From the human T2T-CHM13v2.0 reference genome, Homo sapiens, in assembly GCF_009914755.1 (NCBI RefSeq), contig NC_060929.1: 64,000 nt of DNA. One strand, 5' to 3'. Both the position numbers and the translations under genes were made by a program. The notes beneath the pieces are model-generated. The model had not been told where the DNA came from, did not search any database, and saw only the letters and a program-made list of their open reading frames with translations. Positions 1 through 12,799 of the stretch are shown in pieces. Numbering within the stretch: the first letter of the stretch is position 1; each line of letters begins with the position of its first letter.

Positions 1-89
1 AATAATTTAATAGTGACTTGTTTACTATTGCACAATGGTAACTGTTAGCTCAGGAGTTGAAATGAGGAAATTTCTGTTCATAACAAGAA

Positions 90-330
90 ATAATAGAGGT
101 TAAACAAGTGGTCTCTAGAATCTAGCTGCCTCCATCTGAATCCTCTGTTGATAATTTTCTACCTGTGTGATATTGGACAAGTTATATAATCAGTCTTTAT
201 CTAAGTTTCCTTAGCTGCAAAGTTATAAAAGCAGTGTCTAATATATTTATGAGGATTAAATAAATCATAGCATGTAAAGCACCTCAAAGGTGTTTGGCAT
301 ATAAATGAAAATCCAATAAAAAGTAACAAC
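90..330 (+). mobile_element. MIR
   Basis: TGTGTGATATTGGACAAGTTA...AGTTTCCTTAGCTGCAAA...GAGGATTAAATAA...ATGTAAAGCAC...TGGCATATA core. Confidence 0.7.
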
Positions 331-3300
331 AACATACATGCATGATCTAGAAGATAGCTCAATATTTGTGCAGTGCTCCAGTTCCAGTTTGAGCATAGGG
401 AATAGTTTTTAACATTATATTTGTGTTTAAATTTGCTGGAGTTATGCTGAAATGAAAAATTATAATTTATCATGGGAAGATGTGTGCAATCCGCACAATC
501 CAAAGAAAAAAGATAAAAGTAATATTTATCTTACATAATAGCCTATATGATAGCCTAGACTTGCATGTACCAGAAACTGTTTCAAGCTCTTTTACATAAA
601 TTTAATGTACTTAATCTCTACAACTCTGGGGATAGGTAGGTACTATTATTATCCCCATTTTACATATACAAGAGTATAGGTAAGATGAGAAGAACAATGC
701 AATGATTTGAATTGCTTTGTGTCTTATGTTGCTGTTAACTATGAACTCTCAGGCTACCATTAAAATCTCATGTTTTTATATGTCTATAATCTAGTTGTTT
801 AATTTTTTAAGCAAAATTTCTTCTATGAGTTATTTATATTAAGATTTTGCTGGTTGTGTATTCCAGGGAGGGTCATTTTGAGACAGGGCCATGCTGATTG
901 AAGAATAGACCTCAGTGGATGAGTGGTTTCTGGAGATCATTAAGAGATGTGTCAGCAAACTGGACAAGCCAGCACAAATGACAATTGCTAACAATAGAAG
1001 TACTTTTGAAATTACATTATGGTTGAATATGACCAAATACAAAATGGTAAAGACACTTGAATACATAGGTACTTAGTCAATCATTTAAGGGGAAATTCTA
1101 GTAGCAAAAACTCACCTAGCAAAGCATCACAAGAAACTCCACTGGAAACAATGATGAAGGCTTCACAATTTCTAATTACTACATGAAATGATTTTTTATT
1201 TAGGTCCTCACAGAATATGCTTCTGCTTGCAATGCATCAGATTTGTTGTCATTATGTAAATAGCAACCTTTGAAAGGAAAATAGCCAGTGCTATCAGCAG
1301 CCACTACGTTTGAATTGTACCAATTACTCAAATCATGGTGGATTTGAATTAGTTCTCTGTGTTTATGAAAACATGCTTGTAGAATTGAAGTTTTCTTTCC
1401 TATTATTTATCAGTAAGAAGTAAGCTCAAGTATTTTAGAATAACAGTATAATTCCCTATGATTGGCCAACAGACAACGCTGAGCTGTTTTGATACTCACA
1501 TGAATGTAGAAAATATTTCTGGATATTTGATATTTTCAATTTAAATGGTAGGATTGTGTATAACAGTTGATATTGTGCTTCATTCACAACAGACATGATT
1601 CTCTCTTCTACCTCCCACCCCGATCCCGACCCTCCAGAGAGTACCGAACAAACATTAGAGCTGAGTAGAAGTTCCTGCAAAATGAAAATATGCCTCTCCC
1701 ATTCACACCATGTTTCAGAGCCTTCAGCCCTCAGATTTCAACAGCTGACTTCTAACTCTGCCAGTGAAGACTTGAGGCAAATAGGAATGTAGAGCTACCC
1801 CCATTTCCTTCTGTCTTTGACAGAAGTAGACTGTAAGGCAATACTGCAAAGTATTTTCCTAAAAAATGTCCATGGGAACGCAAGAAATCAGTTGTATCTT
1901 CCAGATGAAAATTCCCTCCTGATGTTCCTCTTGACATGCTGGTGATCTATTCCTTGCTGGCAAGGTGGGGTTCTTAAAGGGCTTGCACTTGCTCCCATTA
2001 TCCCGAAGGACATGCTGAGTATTTTGGAAAGCTCAGCCATGCATGGGAAGAGAGTGATAATGTTTTCCTGTGGACATTTTATAGATGGAATCATACAATT
2101 TCCAGTCTATTTAGGATGTTCTTATTTTAACAAGTGGAGAAAGTGGGACCCATGAGCTGACTTGCTTAGGGTAACTTTGCCCCATGGCCAGTGTAAGAAT
2201 GCAGATCTCTAGGATCCTTGCACCACTTTGCCTCCCATAGGTCACAACTAAAGGGCCCAGGAGTCTTCAAGCAACTCTCAATCCTCTTTTCTCAGTAGGA
2301 GATTGCACTGCCTTGAACCACTTATGTCCAAAATTGTATAAAATTTTTTGCAAATTGCAGCGTGTTTGCATTCTGGTTGTAATGTAGCTCGAAACTCAGA
2401 AATATTCTTCTTAAAATAAAGGAACTCAATATCCTTAAAGTAGCAAAGCATTGATTGCCTTATTTGTTGTTGCCTCCTGCAGTGCAACATCACTGAGAGG
2501 GAGTGTGGAGCTGTCTCTTGGTTCCACACTAATTAGAGTACAGTTTTGAGATATGATTTTATAATGGAAAACACAAACATGGAAAATATTGATGAAAATT
2601 TCTTCTTTAAATCAAGTGGTAATGCTTTTTGGACTTTTAAGTGAGACAATTTATCCTAACCTCCAACCAGTCTCTGACCCAGTGCTATGCTGAGTTTGGA
2701 GCCACCTGTTATGCAACATTTTAATTCAAGAGAAAATTCAACTGTGTAAGGGGTGGGAGTGGGTAGCAAGGGACCGAGGGCACTCAGCTGCCCACTTGTT
2801 GAGTTAGCGCTCTTGCTACACGGTGGCCACTTTGAGACTCACGTTAGCCTGAAAACTCTTTAAATCCATGCAAGAATGTGAACAGGCTAATTTTTTTGGA
2901 GAACACCGACTTTAGGTCTGGGTTTTTTGGTTGGTTTGTTTGTGTATTGTTTTTTGTGAGGAGCTTTCTCTGTCTGCTCTCAGGAAGGCACCAGGCTTGT
3001 GTTGTCCTCAGAGAAGAATGAAGAAGCAGAAACATTAAGCAATGTTTACACCTTGTGGGGTCCCAGTAGTCTAACACTTACACCTCATTAGAAATGTTGC
3101 TGCTGTTTAAAAGTCTTGATTCTACATGCATCCAGCAAAGGGGTTGGTGAAGATCAGAGTGGCTAGAAGAAAGATTTCAGACGCACTATCCGGTCAGAAG
3201 AAAGCAATGAAACAATAAAAGATGGCACACAAGAAACAGAAAAGACAGACAAAAACAGTCTCTGATTAGCAATCTATTCTTGAATATTGAAGTAGGTCAG

Positions 3301-3612
3301 AAGTATGAAAAAGAGCCACCTAAATAAGTTTTCTCTAAGGATCTCAGACCCAAAGAATAGTTGCCTGATTATGGAGATCAAGCTCCCTCCCTGCCACCCA
3401 CCTTTCATACTCACCTAGGCCACACTTACTCTTCATCTACTGGAACATTTCTGCAGACCAGAGAGACAATTCTCAGACTCCAAATCTGATGCAATCTCTT
3501 TCAATGTCCACATCCACCGTCTCCACTCACTGAGAAAAGAATGTCATTGCTCTTCCAGAGGCCCCTATCAAACTTTGAGTTACATTGAGACCCACCATGG
3601 TTCTTTCATTTT

Positions 3613-3663
3613 TTATTTGTTTTCCATGACACAGCCTCCGGAGGTCCTGAGGACATGCGCCCC
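3613..3663 (-). mobile_element. 40-nt MER4-group LTR fragment with A-rich tail
   Basis: Minus strand reads GGGGCGCATGTCCTCAGGACCTCCGGAGGCTGTGTCATGG-AAAACAAATAA; TSD TGGTTCTTT(C)ATTTT at 3598-3612 and 3664-3677. Confidence 0.7.
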
Positions 3664-4289
3664 TGGTTCTTTATTTTAGACACTGCAGAAGAGCAAGAAG
3701 TGGGCAAAAATGTTTTCAATGTTATCTTTGTGTTCTTGAGTAAATAATTTAACCTCCTCACATCTTGTCTTTGTGGCTATAAAATTGCAATGATAATATT
3801 ATGTGTCCTGGGATGGTATAGCTCCTGTGAGGTACTGGCTGTAATAACTGATCCATTAGAGATGGAGCCAGGACATGGGAGTGCATCTGGAAGTGTCAGA
3901 CCGTGCCCTTGCCCCTTAGGAAAGATCTAGAGTTCTGGAGTGGCATAAGAAGAGCAACATGCTAAATAGACAGCTGTATTGTGCTGAGCTAGAAAGGAGA
4001 CAAGATGTAATCCGAAACAGGATGCACTAGACCAGAGGCTAATGAAACTAGGTAAACTAAGGCACCACAAGCCAACATGAGGCTAGAAGCAAAGAGAAGG
4101 CAAGGAGGCTGAAGCAGGAGGTTCAAGCAAGTGCAGGTGGAAATGGAGCAAATACTGGAAGATATTGCTGGTGTACGATGAAGCTCATGTATGCTGAGAT
4201 GGGGGAGAGTTATGCTAAAGAAAGTTTATCTTGGGGACATAATCTACGAAGAGTCATTCTGTAAAGGGTAACACTCTAGTTAAATGTTG

Positions 4290-4951
4290 TTGTAGACTAT
4301 GTCATTGCTTGACAGTATTCCATGTTCCTTCCTAGGGAAAGATTATATTTCTTAGCCTTTTAAATCAAGAAGTAGTCATGAGATTTGCTTTGTCCAATGC
4401 AATTTGAGCTGCTGGTAGAATCCTTAAGAGCCAGGACATGCTTTGCCATGCCCTCTTTTCTCTCTACCTCCTTATCCGGTAGAATCCAACCTCTCTATCT
4501 GGGTCTTGGAATAAAGATGATGGTGACATAGGAGCAGAGTCCCTAAATGATCTTTCATGAACAAGTAGCAGCAAATAAACTTTTGGGGCTAGGTGTGGTT
4601 GCTCATACCTGTAATCCCAGCACTTTGGTAAGCCACAGCGGGCAGACCACCTGAGGTTGGGAGTTCGAGATGAGCCTGGCCAACATGGTAAAACCCCATC
4701 TCTACCAAAAATATAAAAATTAGCTGAGTGTGGCGGCACACACCTGTAATCCCAGCTACTAGGGAGGCTTAGGCACGAGAATTGCTTGAACCCTGGAGGT
4801 GGAGGTTGCAGTGAGCCAAGATTGCGCCACTGCACTCCAGCCTGGGTGACAGAGCGAGACTCTGTCTCAAAAAATAAACTTTTGTTATTTTTTGCCACTG
4901 AAAAATATTTTTTAAAATCATAGCATTATCTAGCCTATCTTGTCTGACACA
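4290..4951 (+). mobile_element. MaLR solo LTR (MLT1 family) interrupted by the Alu
   Basis: MLT1-like blocks GATTTGCTTTGTCCAATG, TTAAGAGCCAG and GGAGCAGAG...AATAAAC|...CCACTGA...TAGCCTATCTTGTCTGACACA. Confidence 0.6.
4587..4871 (+). mobile_element. AluS
   Basis: Full dimer with a very short tail; TSD AAATAAACTTTTG at 4573-4585 and 4872-4884. Confidence 0.95.
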
Positions 4952-5295
4952 AATGAAGATTGCTAGTTGGAAGCTAGTAATTAGTGGTTAAGCCAGTTTA
5001 CACTTATTTTACTATGACAGGCAAAGTATAGCAACGATGTTGCAAGAGAAAACAACTGGAAAAAAATCCAATTGCTTTGATTGTTTACAATGATTTGTAA
5101 CAGAGAGTGAAGTCTGTGGATAAATGTGTTACCTCTCCTAGAATCATAATCACTCAAGGGAAAAATAAATTAATAGAAAACTCAGCTTCCTTTATGCTCA
5201 TATATCTTACAGCCTAACTGGAAGTCAAAAGAATTACACACAGGCACACACACACACATTTCACTGGATAAAAACCTGTAAAAGGTCAAATTCTT

Positions 5296-7418
5296 TTCTA
5301 AATTCATTTTTTATTGAGGTAAAATACATAAAACATCACTCTTACTATCTTTAGGTATATTGTTCAGTGGTAAAAATTCATTTATATTTTTTTCTTCCTT
5401 CTTCCCTCTCCTCTCTCTTTCTTGGCCTCTGGTAACCACCAATCTACTTTCTATCTTGATGAGATACATGTTTTTAGCTCCCACATATGAGTGACAACAT
5501 GAGATATTTGACTTTTTGTGCTTGGTTTATTTCACTTAGCATAATGGCTTCTAATTCCATTCAAGTTGCTGCAAATGATAGGATTTCCATCATTTTTATG
5601 GTTCAATAATATTCCATCGTGTATATATACAGTATTTTCTGTATCCATTTATCTGTTGATGGGCACTTAGGTTGACTCCATATTTTGGCTATTTTGAATA
5701 GCGCTGCAATAAGCATCAAAATGCAATTATCTCTTTGATATATTGATTTCCTTTCTTTTAAATGTATATCCAACAGTGGAATTGCTGGATTGCACAATAG
5801 TGCTATTTTTAGTTTGTTGAGGAACCTCCATATAGTTCTCCAATGTGGCTGTACTAATTTACATTCCCATGAACAGTGTATGAGGGTTCCCCTTTCTCCA
5901 CATCCTAGCCAGCATCTGTTATTGCCAGACTCAAACAAGACAAGGATGCCCACTTTCACTGCTATTATTCAATATAATAATGAAAGTCTTAGCCAGAACA
6001 ACTAAGCAAGAGAGAAATACAGGGCATCCAAATTGGAAAGGGAAAAGTAAAATTAGTGTTGTTTACAGAAGACATGATCTTATACTTAGAAAAACCTAAA
6101 GACTCCACCAGAAGAACTGTTAGAATTGATAAACAAATCCAATAAAGTTGCAGGATACAAAATCAACACACAAAACTCAGTAGCATTTATATATGCCAAT
6201 AGCAAATCATTTGAAAAAGAAATCAAGAAAACAACCCCATTTACAATAGCTACAAAAATTATAAAACACCTAGGAATCAATGTAACCAAAGAAGTAAAAG
6301 ATATATATTGGGAAAACTATAAACCTCTGATGAAAGAAATAGAAGAGAGGACACTGAAAAAATGGAAAGATATTGCATTCTCCTGGATTGGAATAATTAA
6401 TATTGTCAAAATGGCAATACTACTTGAAGCAATTTATAGATTAAATTCCATCCCTATCAAAATACCGATGACATTCTTCACAGAAAAAGTAAAAATAATT
6501 CTAAAACGTATATGGAACCGGAGAAGACCCAAAGAACCAAAATAATCCTGAACAAAAAGAACAAGGGTATCACACTACCTGACTTAAAAATTTACTACAA
6601 AGCTATAGTAACTAAGAGAGCATGGTACTGGCATAAAAAGAGATTCATAGACCAATGAAACAGAATTGAGAACCCAGATATAAATCCATACATTTACAAC
6701 CAACTCATCTTCTGCAAAGGTGCCAAGAACATACAATGGAGAAAGGATAGTCTTTTTAATATATGGTGCCGGTAAAACTGGATAATTATATGCATAAAAA
6801 TGAAACTTGACCTCTACCCCTCACCACACACAAAAATCAAATCGAAATGGATTAAAGACATGAAAAAAAATTGAGGAAATTCTTAAGAGTTTTTTTTGCA
6901 TAAGGCCCCAAAAGCACAGGCAATCAAAGGAAAAATAGGCAGTTGGGATTACACCAAGCTAAAAAGCTTCTGCACGGCAAAGGATACAATCAACAAAATG
7001 AAGAGACAACCCACAGAAAGAGAGAAAATATTTGCAAACTACCCATCAAACAAGGGATTAATAACCAGAATATGTAAGAAGCTCAAGCGACTCAGTTGCA
7101 AAAAAACCAAACAGTCTGATTTAAAAATAGGCAAAAATTTAAACAGATATTTCTTAAAAGAAGATTACACTCTGGGGACTGTTGTGGGGTGGGGGGAGGG
7201 GGGAGGGATAGCATTAGGAGATATACCTAATGCTAAATGACGAGTTAATGGGTACAGCACACCAGCATGACACACGTATACATATGTAACTAACCTGCAC
7301 ATTGTGCACATGTACCCTAAAACTTAAAGTATAATAAAAAAAGAAGCAAATAAAAAAAAAGAAGATATACAAATGGCTAATAGGTATATGAAAAAAGGCT
7401 CAGCATCACTTATCAGAG
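5296..7418 (-). mobile_element. Old L1 (L1MA/L1PB-type), 5'-truncated with 5' inversion
   Basis: 5296-5925 is the ORF2 C-terminus, 3'UTR and A-tail on the minus strand ([27 protein letters not shown]). 5926-7418 is ORF2 RT-distal sequence on the plus strand ([29 protein letters not shown]). TSD GGTC(A/C)AATTCTT at 5284-5295 and 7419-7430. Confidence 0.9.
7166..7356 (+). mobile_element. Young L1PA (about L1PA3) 3' end nested in the older L1
   Basis: GGGGGGAGGGGGGAGGGATAGCATTAGGAGATATACCTAATGCTAAATGACGAG...CCCTAAAACTTAAAGTATAATAAAAA. TSD AAAAGAAGAT at 7156-7165 and 7357-7366; TT/AAAA target site. Confidence 0.92.
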
Positions 7419-9976
7419 GGTCCAATTCTTGCCATTATAAGAGTTCAGTTTCTAAGAATACCAAAGGTACAAGGTTGATGAGTTTTCTGATTTTGATTGT
7501 GGTATTAACATTAATATTATTTTACTGTTGCTTTTGCAGTGTTAGATATCAGAAAGACATAAAAACAGGAGTTGACTGAAATTGCAAAAATATGTTCTAC
7601 TCTTTGTTGTATTTGCTTTCCTGAGCCACATAGTCTTTGAATGGACAATACTTGAAGGGAAACACCTTGGAGAAATTTATTGTTTTGGGGGTGATGGGAC
7701 TATAGAATAAGGAAGGTTCAAAAAGAGATGCAAGAAACTATACCAGACAGAGAGACAAGTTGTAGATTCCATCCCTGGAGGGAAACCAAAACAGAGCCCT
7801 AGAAGCCAGAGAGAGAGCTCATTTCAGGGCATAGAGGCCAATTCTTGAAGGCAGGGCCAGGGAAAAGGTGACCATTTAATGATGAATGGCCCAGTCTGCC
7901 ATCCTGACTTGACCTGGGAGAGTGGGCATGTGTGGGCAACCATGGAGAGATTCTTCTTCATCCTTTTCCCATTTGCAAACAACTTTTCTTGGATTACACA
8001 GTAGTAATTCATAGTTCACTGAATATCATATTGGCATTTGATCCAATCCCCAACCATATTCATAATATGCAGCATGAATCTCAGGGCTATTGGCAATACC
8101 TAATGTTCATTTTTCTCAATTGACCCAACATCCACTTTTGAATTAAGAAAAATGTTGCGAACAAAGGCAAGGACCCTTCCTAAAAGCAGTGCAGAAGGAC
8201 ATTCTCATGAGGATGAAAAAAAAAAAAAATGGAAGCAAGACTTGGCTAATATCTGCTCTATCTCAGGTTATTTTAAAAGTGTTATTCTTGAGCATTTCAA
8301 ATGAAGAGTTGCTTTTTCACAAGTTCTTTGAAAATTGTTCCTGAATTGTATCCAGTTCCTATTAATTTACCAGCCAGCTTTTTCACCTTTGTGTTAGTAA
8401 AAAACACTGAACATATTGAAGTATATGCTATTGCATTTGTCTATGTACAATTGCTGCAAAAATAAATTAATAAGGGACACAGTTTTTTTAGATTAAATAT
8501 GTGTAGTGTTTCAGCCAAATAATCATTCTAAAAGGATTTTATTCTTCAAAATTTGAAAACAAGTACATCCAGCCTTTTATTAGATTATCAATGAAAAAAT
8601 TACATGATTTTTACATAAATACATAATTACAGAATATCACATAATAAACATAATAAACGTGATATTCTGCTACAACTAATGACATATAATCTACTACATA
8701 ACTTTCTTCAAACATTTCGGAAATGTAATGGGGTATAAATGTATACACACATAAATAAATGAAAAAATAAATAATTAAATAGAAGTTAGCTATATAAGTG
8801 AATAAATAGCTAACACATATAAAAACAGATCATGCCTGCCTGCTATGGAAAAACCAGGGCAGTAGTTTAGATTTTATTGCACTGCATGTGATTACAATAA
8901 ATTACATCTTAAGTGTACATAATATGCTTAAGGAGAACCAAGAAAGATTAGCTTTACTTATATGCAAAGCAGACCATATTGAGGGAAGACTCTGAATGTT
9001 CTAGAAGCCCCCGTCCTCAAAGAATCATCCTCATTTGGTGTTGGTACATAAGATGCTATTATATGAGATTTGTTGCCTTGGATAAGGGCGAGGTTTTATT
9101 TTTTAATGGTTTGCCCACACTATATTGATAATTTTTGCAAAGTAAATCGCACATAGTTAGCCAATATGTGCATGCTTAAACAATCAAATTGCATAAAAGG
9201 GTTTATAATGAAAAGCAGCAAACCTGTGCACTGTCCTCATCTTGAAGGTCTAAACACAGGGAAAAGGAATTTTAACAGTTGCTCTTTTTAATTCTCTTCT
9301 TGTTTTCTTAATAATAGATATTGACATCATTCCTGCTTATTTTATCAATGCTGACATTCTCTGTGATGTTCTTACAATAATAACTGGTAATTTAGCTCAA
9401 TCTTGCCACCACCTGTCCCAGCAGCTATATCAGGACTCCTGACCCACTGGCTGCCTCCACAGCCTTGGAATGTGATGGGTCATTCATTTGTCCATGGAGC
9501 TTCCACTTCTCCCTAATTTAGCCTCATGTCTCCTTCCTGACCATAGTCTTTCCAGCTGGGCAGTTACTCTCTTCAGCTGGAGCTGCCTTGGCATGTTTTC
9601 TAAGCTGTGTCTCCATTCAGCATTCCTCCATTCGCTTTCCCTCTCCCAGAAATAGACCAAGCTTGTCTCTGCCTCTTGTTCTATTCTGTTGTCTTCCTCC
9701 TATGGGCTTTATGCCAGTCATTCTTTACTACCACTTTAGTGGAAGGAAACAAGGAGAGGGAGAAAGGAAGGGAAGAAGAGAAGATATATGCATTTTGAAT
9801 GGGAATTCCAGGCAGAGGTTCTTAATGCAGGGCATGTACACTTTTCTAATGGCGGGTCCATGGATGTAATCAGTTTTTCATGGAAGTCTGTGATATTCAA
9901 AAGGCTCTTTCCCCACACGGTTAAACTGCTTATTGTGGCCAAATAATCAAAAAGGGGAAAAAATCATTTAACTTTA

Positions 9977-10145
9977 TAGTTTTTCAAAGCGTGGACTTCA
10001 TATGCCCTACATCATCAATCACATAGGTTTCTTATTCCAAATACAGGTTCTTGGCCTTACTGAATTAAATTACCCGGGCCTAACTGCCCTCCTCACTGCC
10101 TCCAGGCTAAATATGCATGCTTAACAAGCTCATAAGGTAATTTAA
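9977..10145. mobile_element. MER5-type hAT MITE relic
   Basis: AGTTTTTCAAAGCGTGG...AAATACAGGTTCTTGGCC...ACTGAATTAAA...TGCATGCTTAACAAGCTC. Confidence 0.5.
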
Positions 10146-12799
10146 TATTATAGATAACAGAAATACAGGTGATTTATAATATTTACATACTTACTATACA
10201 TAAATATGTAATATATATTATTTACAGGCAAAATTATAGATGATAGGCCTCCTATCAAAGTTTGGAAGAGGTAGATATAACCTTAATATCTGCCTATTTT
10301 AATAATATATTACATAACTGAAACTCTTGATTGTTCCCACTGAAATTTTGAAATATCTGTAAAGTTAAATATTTTTGCAAGCAGCATTTAAGTGCATCAT
10401 CTATAAGATGTAGCATAGAGGGGGCTGAAATTTGCATTCAATGCCCATATATCACAACTTCTGTTTATTACCACTTCCTCAAACTCCTTTCCACCATTCT
10501 ACAAGTATAAATATCAGAAATGGAAATCGGGTTTCCATGATTTTTTTTAAACAAGCATTTTTTAACTGCTTCATATGATATTTTTCTCCTCTGGGTGTTT
10601 TCAAAATTGATTTATCGGTGGAAGGATTTTCAGTTCCAGAATTGTGTTAGGTATTAAAGTCGGGCTAACAGGTCAGTTATTCCCAGGTACCTTCTATTTC
10701 ATTTTCTCAATTATCCTAATGTTCTAAGCTGCTCAATCCTCAAACTGTCCATGCAGTAGTTTCCTTTCTAAAACGTAGCTGTTGAACAGAGAAAGAAGAG
10801 TTCCAAAATGACAGCATAAAAATATAGAGGAATGATTTGTATAAACTAATTGGCACTTTGTATGATATTTTAAAGGCATTAAGTATTTCAAACCCATTAA
10901 GAAAATTGTTATTATTGTACAAGTCACTTTAAAAGAATAAATTTACCCACCAGGCTGTTAGAGCCAAAGTATTTCCTTTGAACAGTGAATAATCCATAGT
11001 GATGTCCTTATACTTTTATACTGTAATTAGAATTAATAACTTAAATGTTGCAAATGTTGCTTCTAAATAGAACTACTGCTGTGTATTTTGTGAAGCTGCT
11101 CCTTCTTAGGGTTGGAGATCAGCTTTTTGGCAGCATGATTCATCACCTAGCTATATGCTTTATTGTTCTTACTTATACAGGAAAGGATTAACAAAATTTT
11201 ATAGGGCAATCTATAATCCTCACAAGTATTAAATTCTGTCAGTGTTTTTTTTCTTGCACATATATTTCCACTTCGTTGCAGCATTCTCGTCTTCATTTTG
11301 AGTGCTTCTCTATTCTAGATGTATCAGCTACTAATTGAGCATTTAGCATTAAAACAGATGTGATATATACAGAAATGCATTCAAGAAAAGATCAAACAAG
11401 GAGGCTGCCAATCTGCAGTTGGACTTTAACCTGCTTGCTTTTAATAGCTCTTAAATATAGATCCCAATGTATAGGCTTGGTGTGAATATCATTAAACCTT
11501 TCCCACTGTTCCCTTAAGCTTTGAATGTTCACTGATCTGTGAAGATAGCTGAATGGATAAATAAACTTAGACCTGGCAAATCAGAGAGATTTTAGAAATA
11601 GAGCTAATCTTGACTTTTTTTTTTTTAAAGCAAAGCTTTATGTTGCCTGATATATTTTTTTTAAAACAAGAAGACAGAAATAAAAATAACACACATAAAC
11701 TGACTAGCACTTTTTTAAAATGAATTAAAAAGTGGCGGGGTTATTAACATGTATTCTAGCCTGCTTGTCTTTCCACCTTCATTTCCCATTTGCTGGTAGT
11801 TGCATGAATTTTATTTGGCCTGAACCCCAGAGTGCAATAGAGAGGCGATGAAGAGAGAAGGCACTAAGGGAGAGGGGCCTAAGGGCTGAGATATATGTTC
11901 CCGCCACTCATTTTAATCCATGTGTTCTTTTTCTGAACCTTCCTTTCAGTGAGTGTTCAGCTGTGTTCAATGTTGCCAAAAAGCAAGGAAGATGAACACT
12001 AAAAGGACTCTTTGGCTTGAGGCAACCAGAAGCCACTAGTGACCTTGTGAAATCAGGTCCTGTAGAAAGGTGAGGAGACAGTTCAGATGTCTGCTGGGTG
12101 AGCCATGAAGGGGGAGGTTGGGAAGGTTAGGAATTGGAATTTAGTGGAAGTGGGCCAGTCTGTCAAGAAGCTCAGCAACCATCGCTAGAAGTGGAGCTCC
12201 TCAGGGCCCTGTTTACCAAGGAATCTCCTAGAGTTGTTCAGTGCACAACCTGAACAAACAGAAGCCAGGACCCAGTATTCGTGTTGTTTATTTTTTGCAA
12301 CACCTAACACAGAACATATCTGACATTGAGAGCTAATGAATGATCCCTGGATAAGTGAAAGAAAGGACATACACAAAGGAGAGAAGAAAAGATTTTTACA
12401 AAGAGTCTATTGATAAGAACCATGTTTATATTTTGAAAGTTATACAGAGTTTTTGTTCAATTTATTTTGAGAATTAGGCAGAGTTAGACAGAAACACAGT
12501 AATAATAATAATACAGCCTTGTACTGGCATGAAGACTGATGGCTTATAGTCTTTTTTTCAGATTCATTATCTATTTCTTCATGGAAAAGTGCATCATAGG
12601 ACATTTAGGAAAGAATTGCAAATTAAAGAACATTAAAGGTGAGGCTTGAAATAAAAATGTAGAAGTTTTTAAAGTAGATTTCTAACTAATAATAACTCAT
12701 GATGTTGTGTAACTAAAGAGAAAGACTAAGTTACACCCAGGAGTGGCCCTGGATCAGAATGGGTAAGTAGAAGCACAGCATATATAGCCATTTATACAT

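Noticed and set aside
4464-4898. 144-aa ORF (and similar ORFs at 26716, 30352, 37092, 47070)
   Set aside because: Translations of antisense Alu sequence.
6896-7240. 114-aa ORF with a Gly-rich tail
   Set aside because: Decayed L1 ORF2 reading into the nested L1PA 3'UTR; a chimeric artefact.
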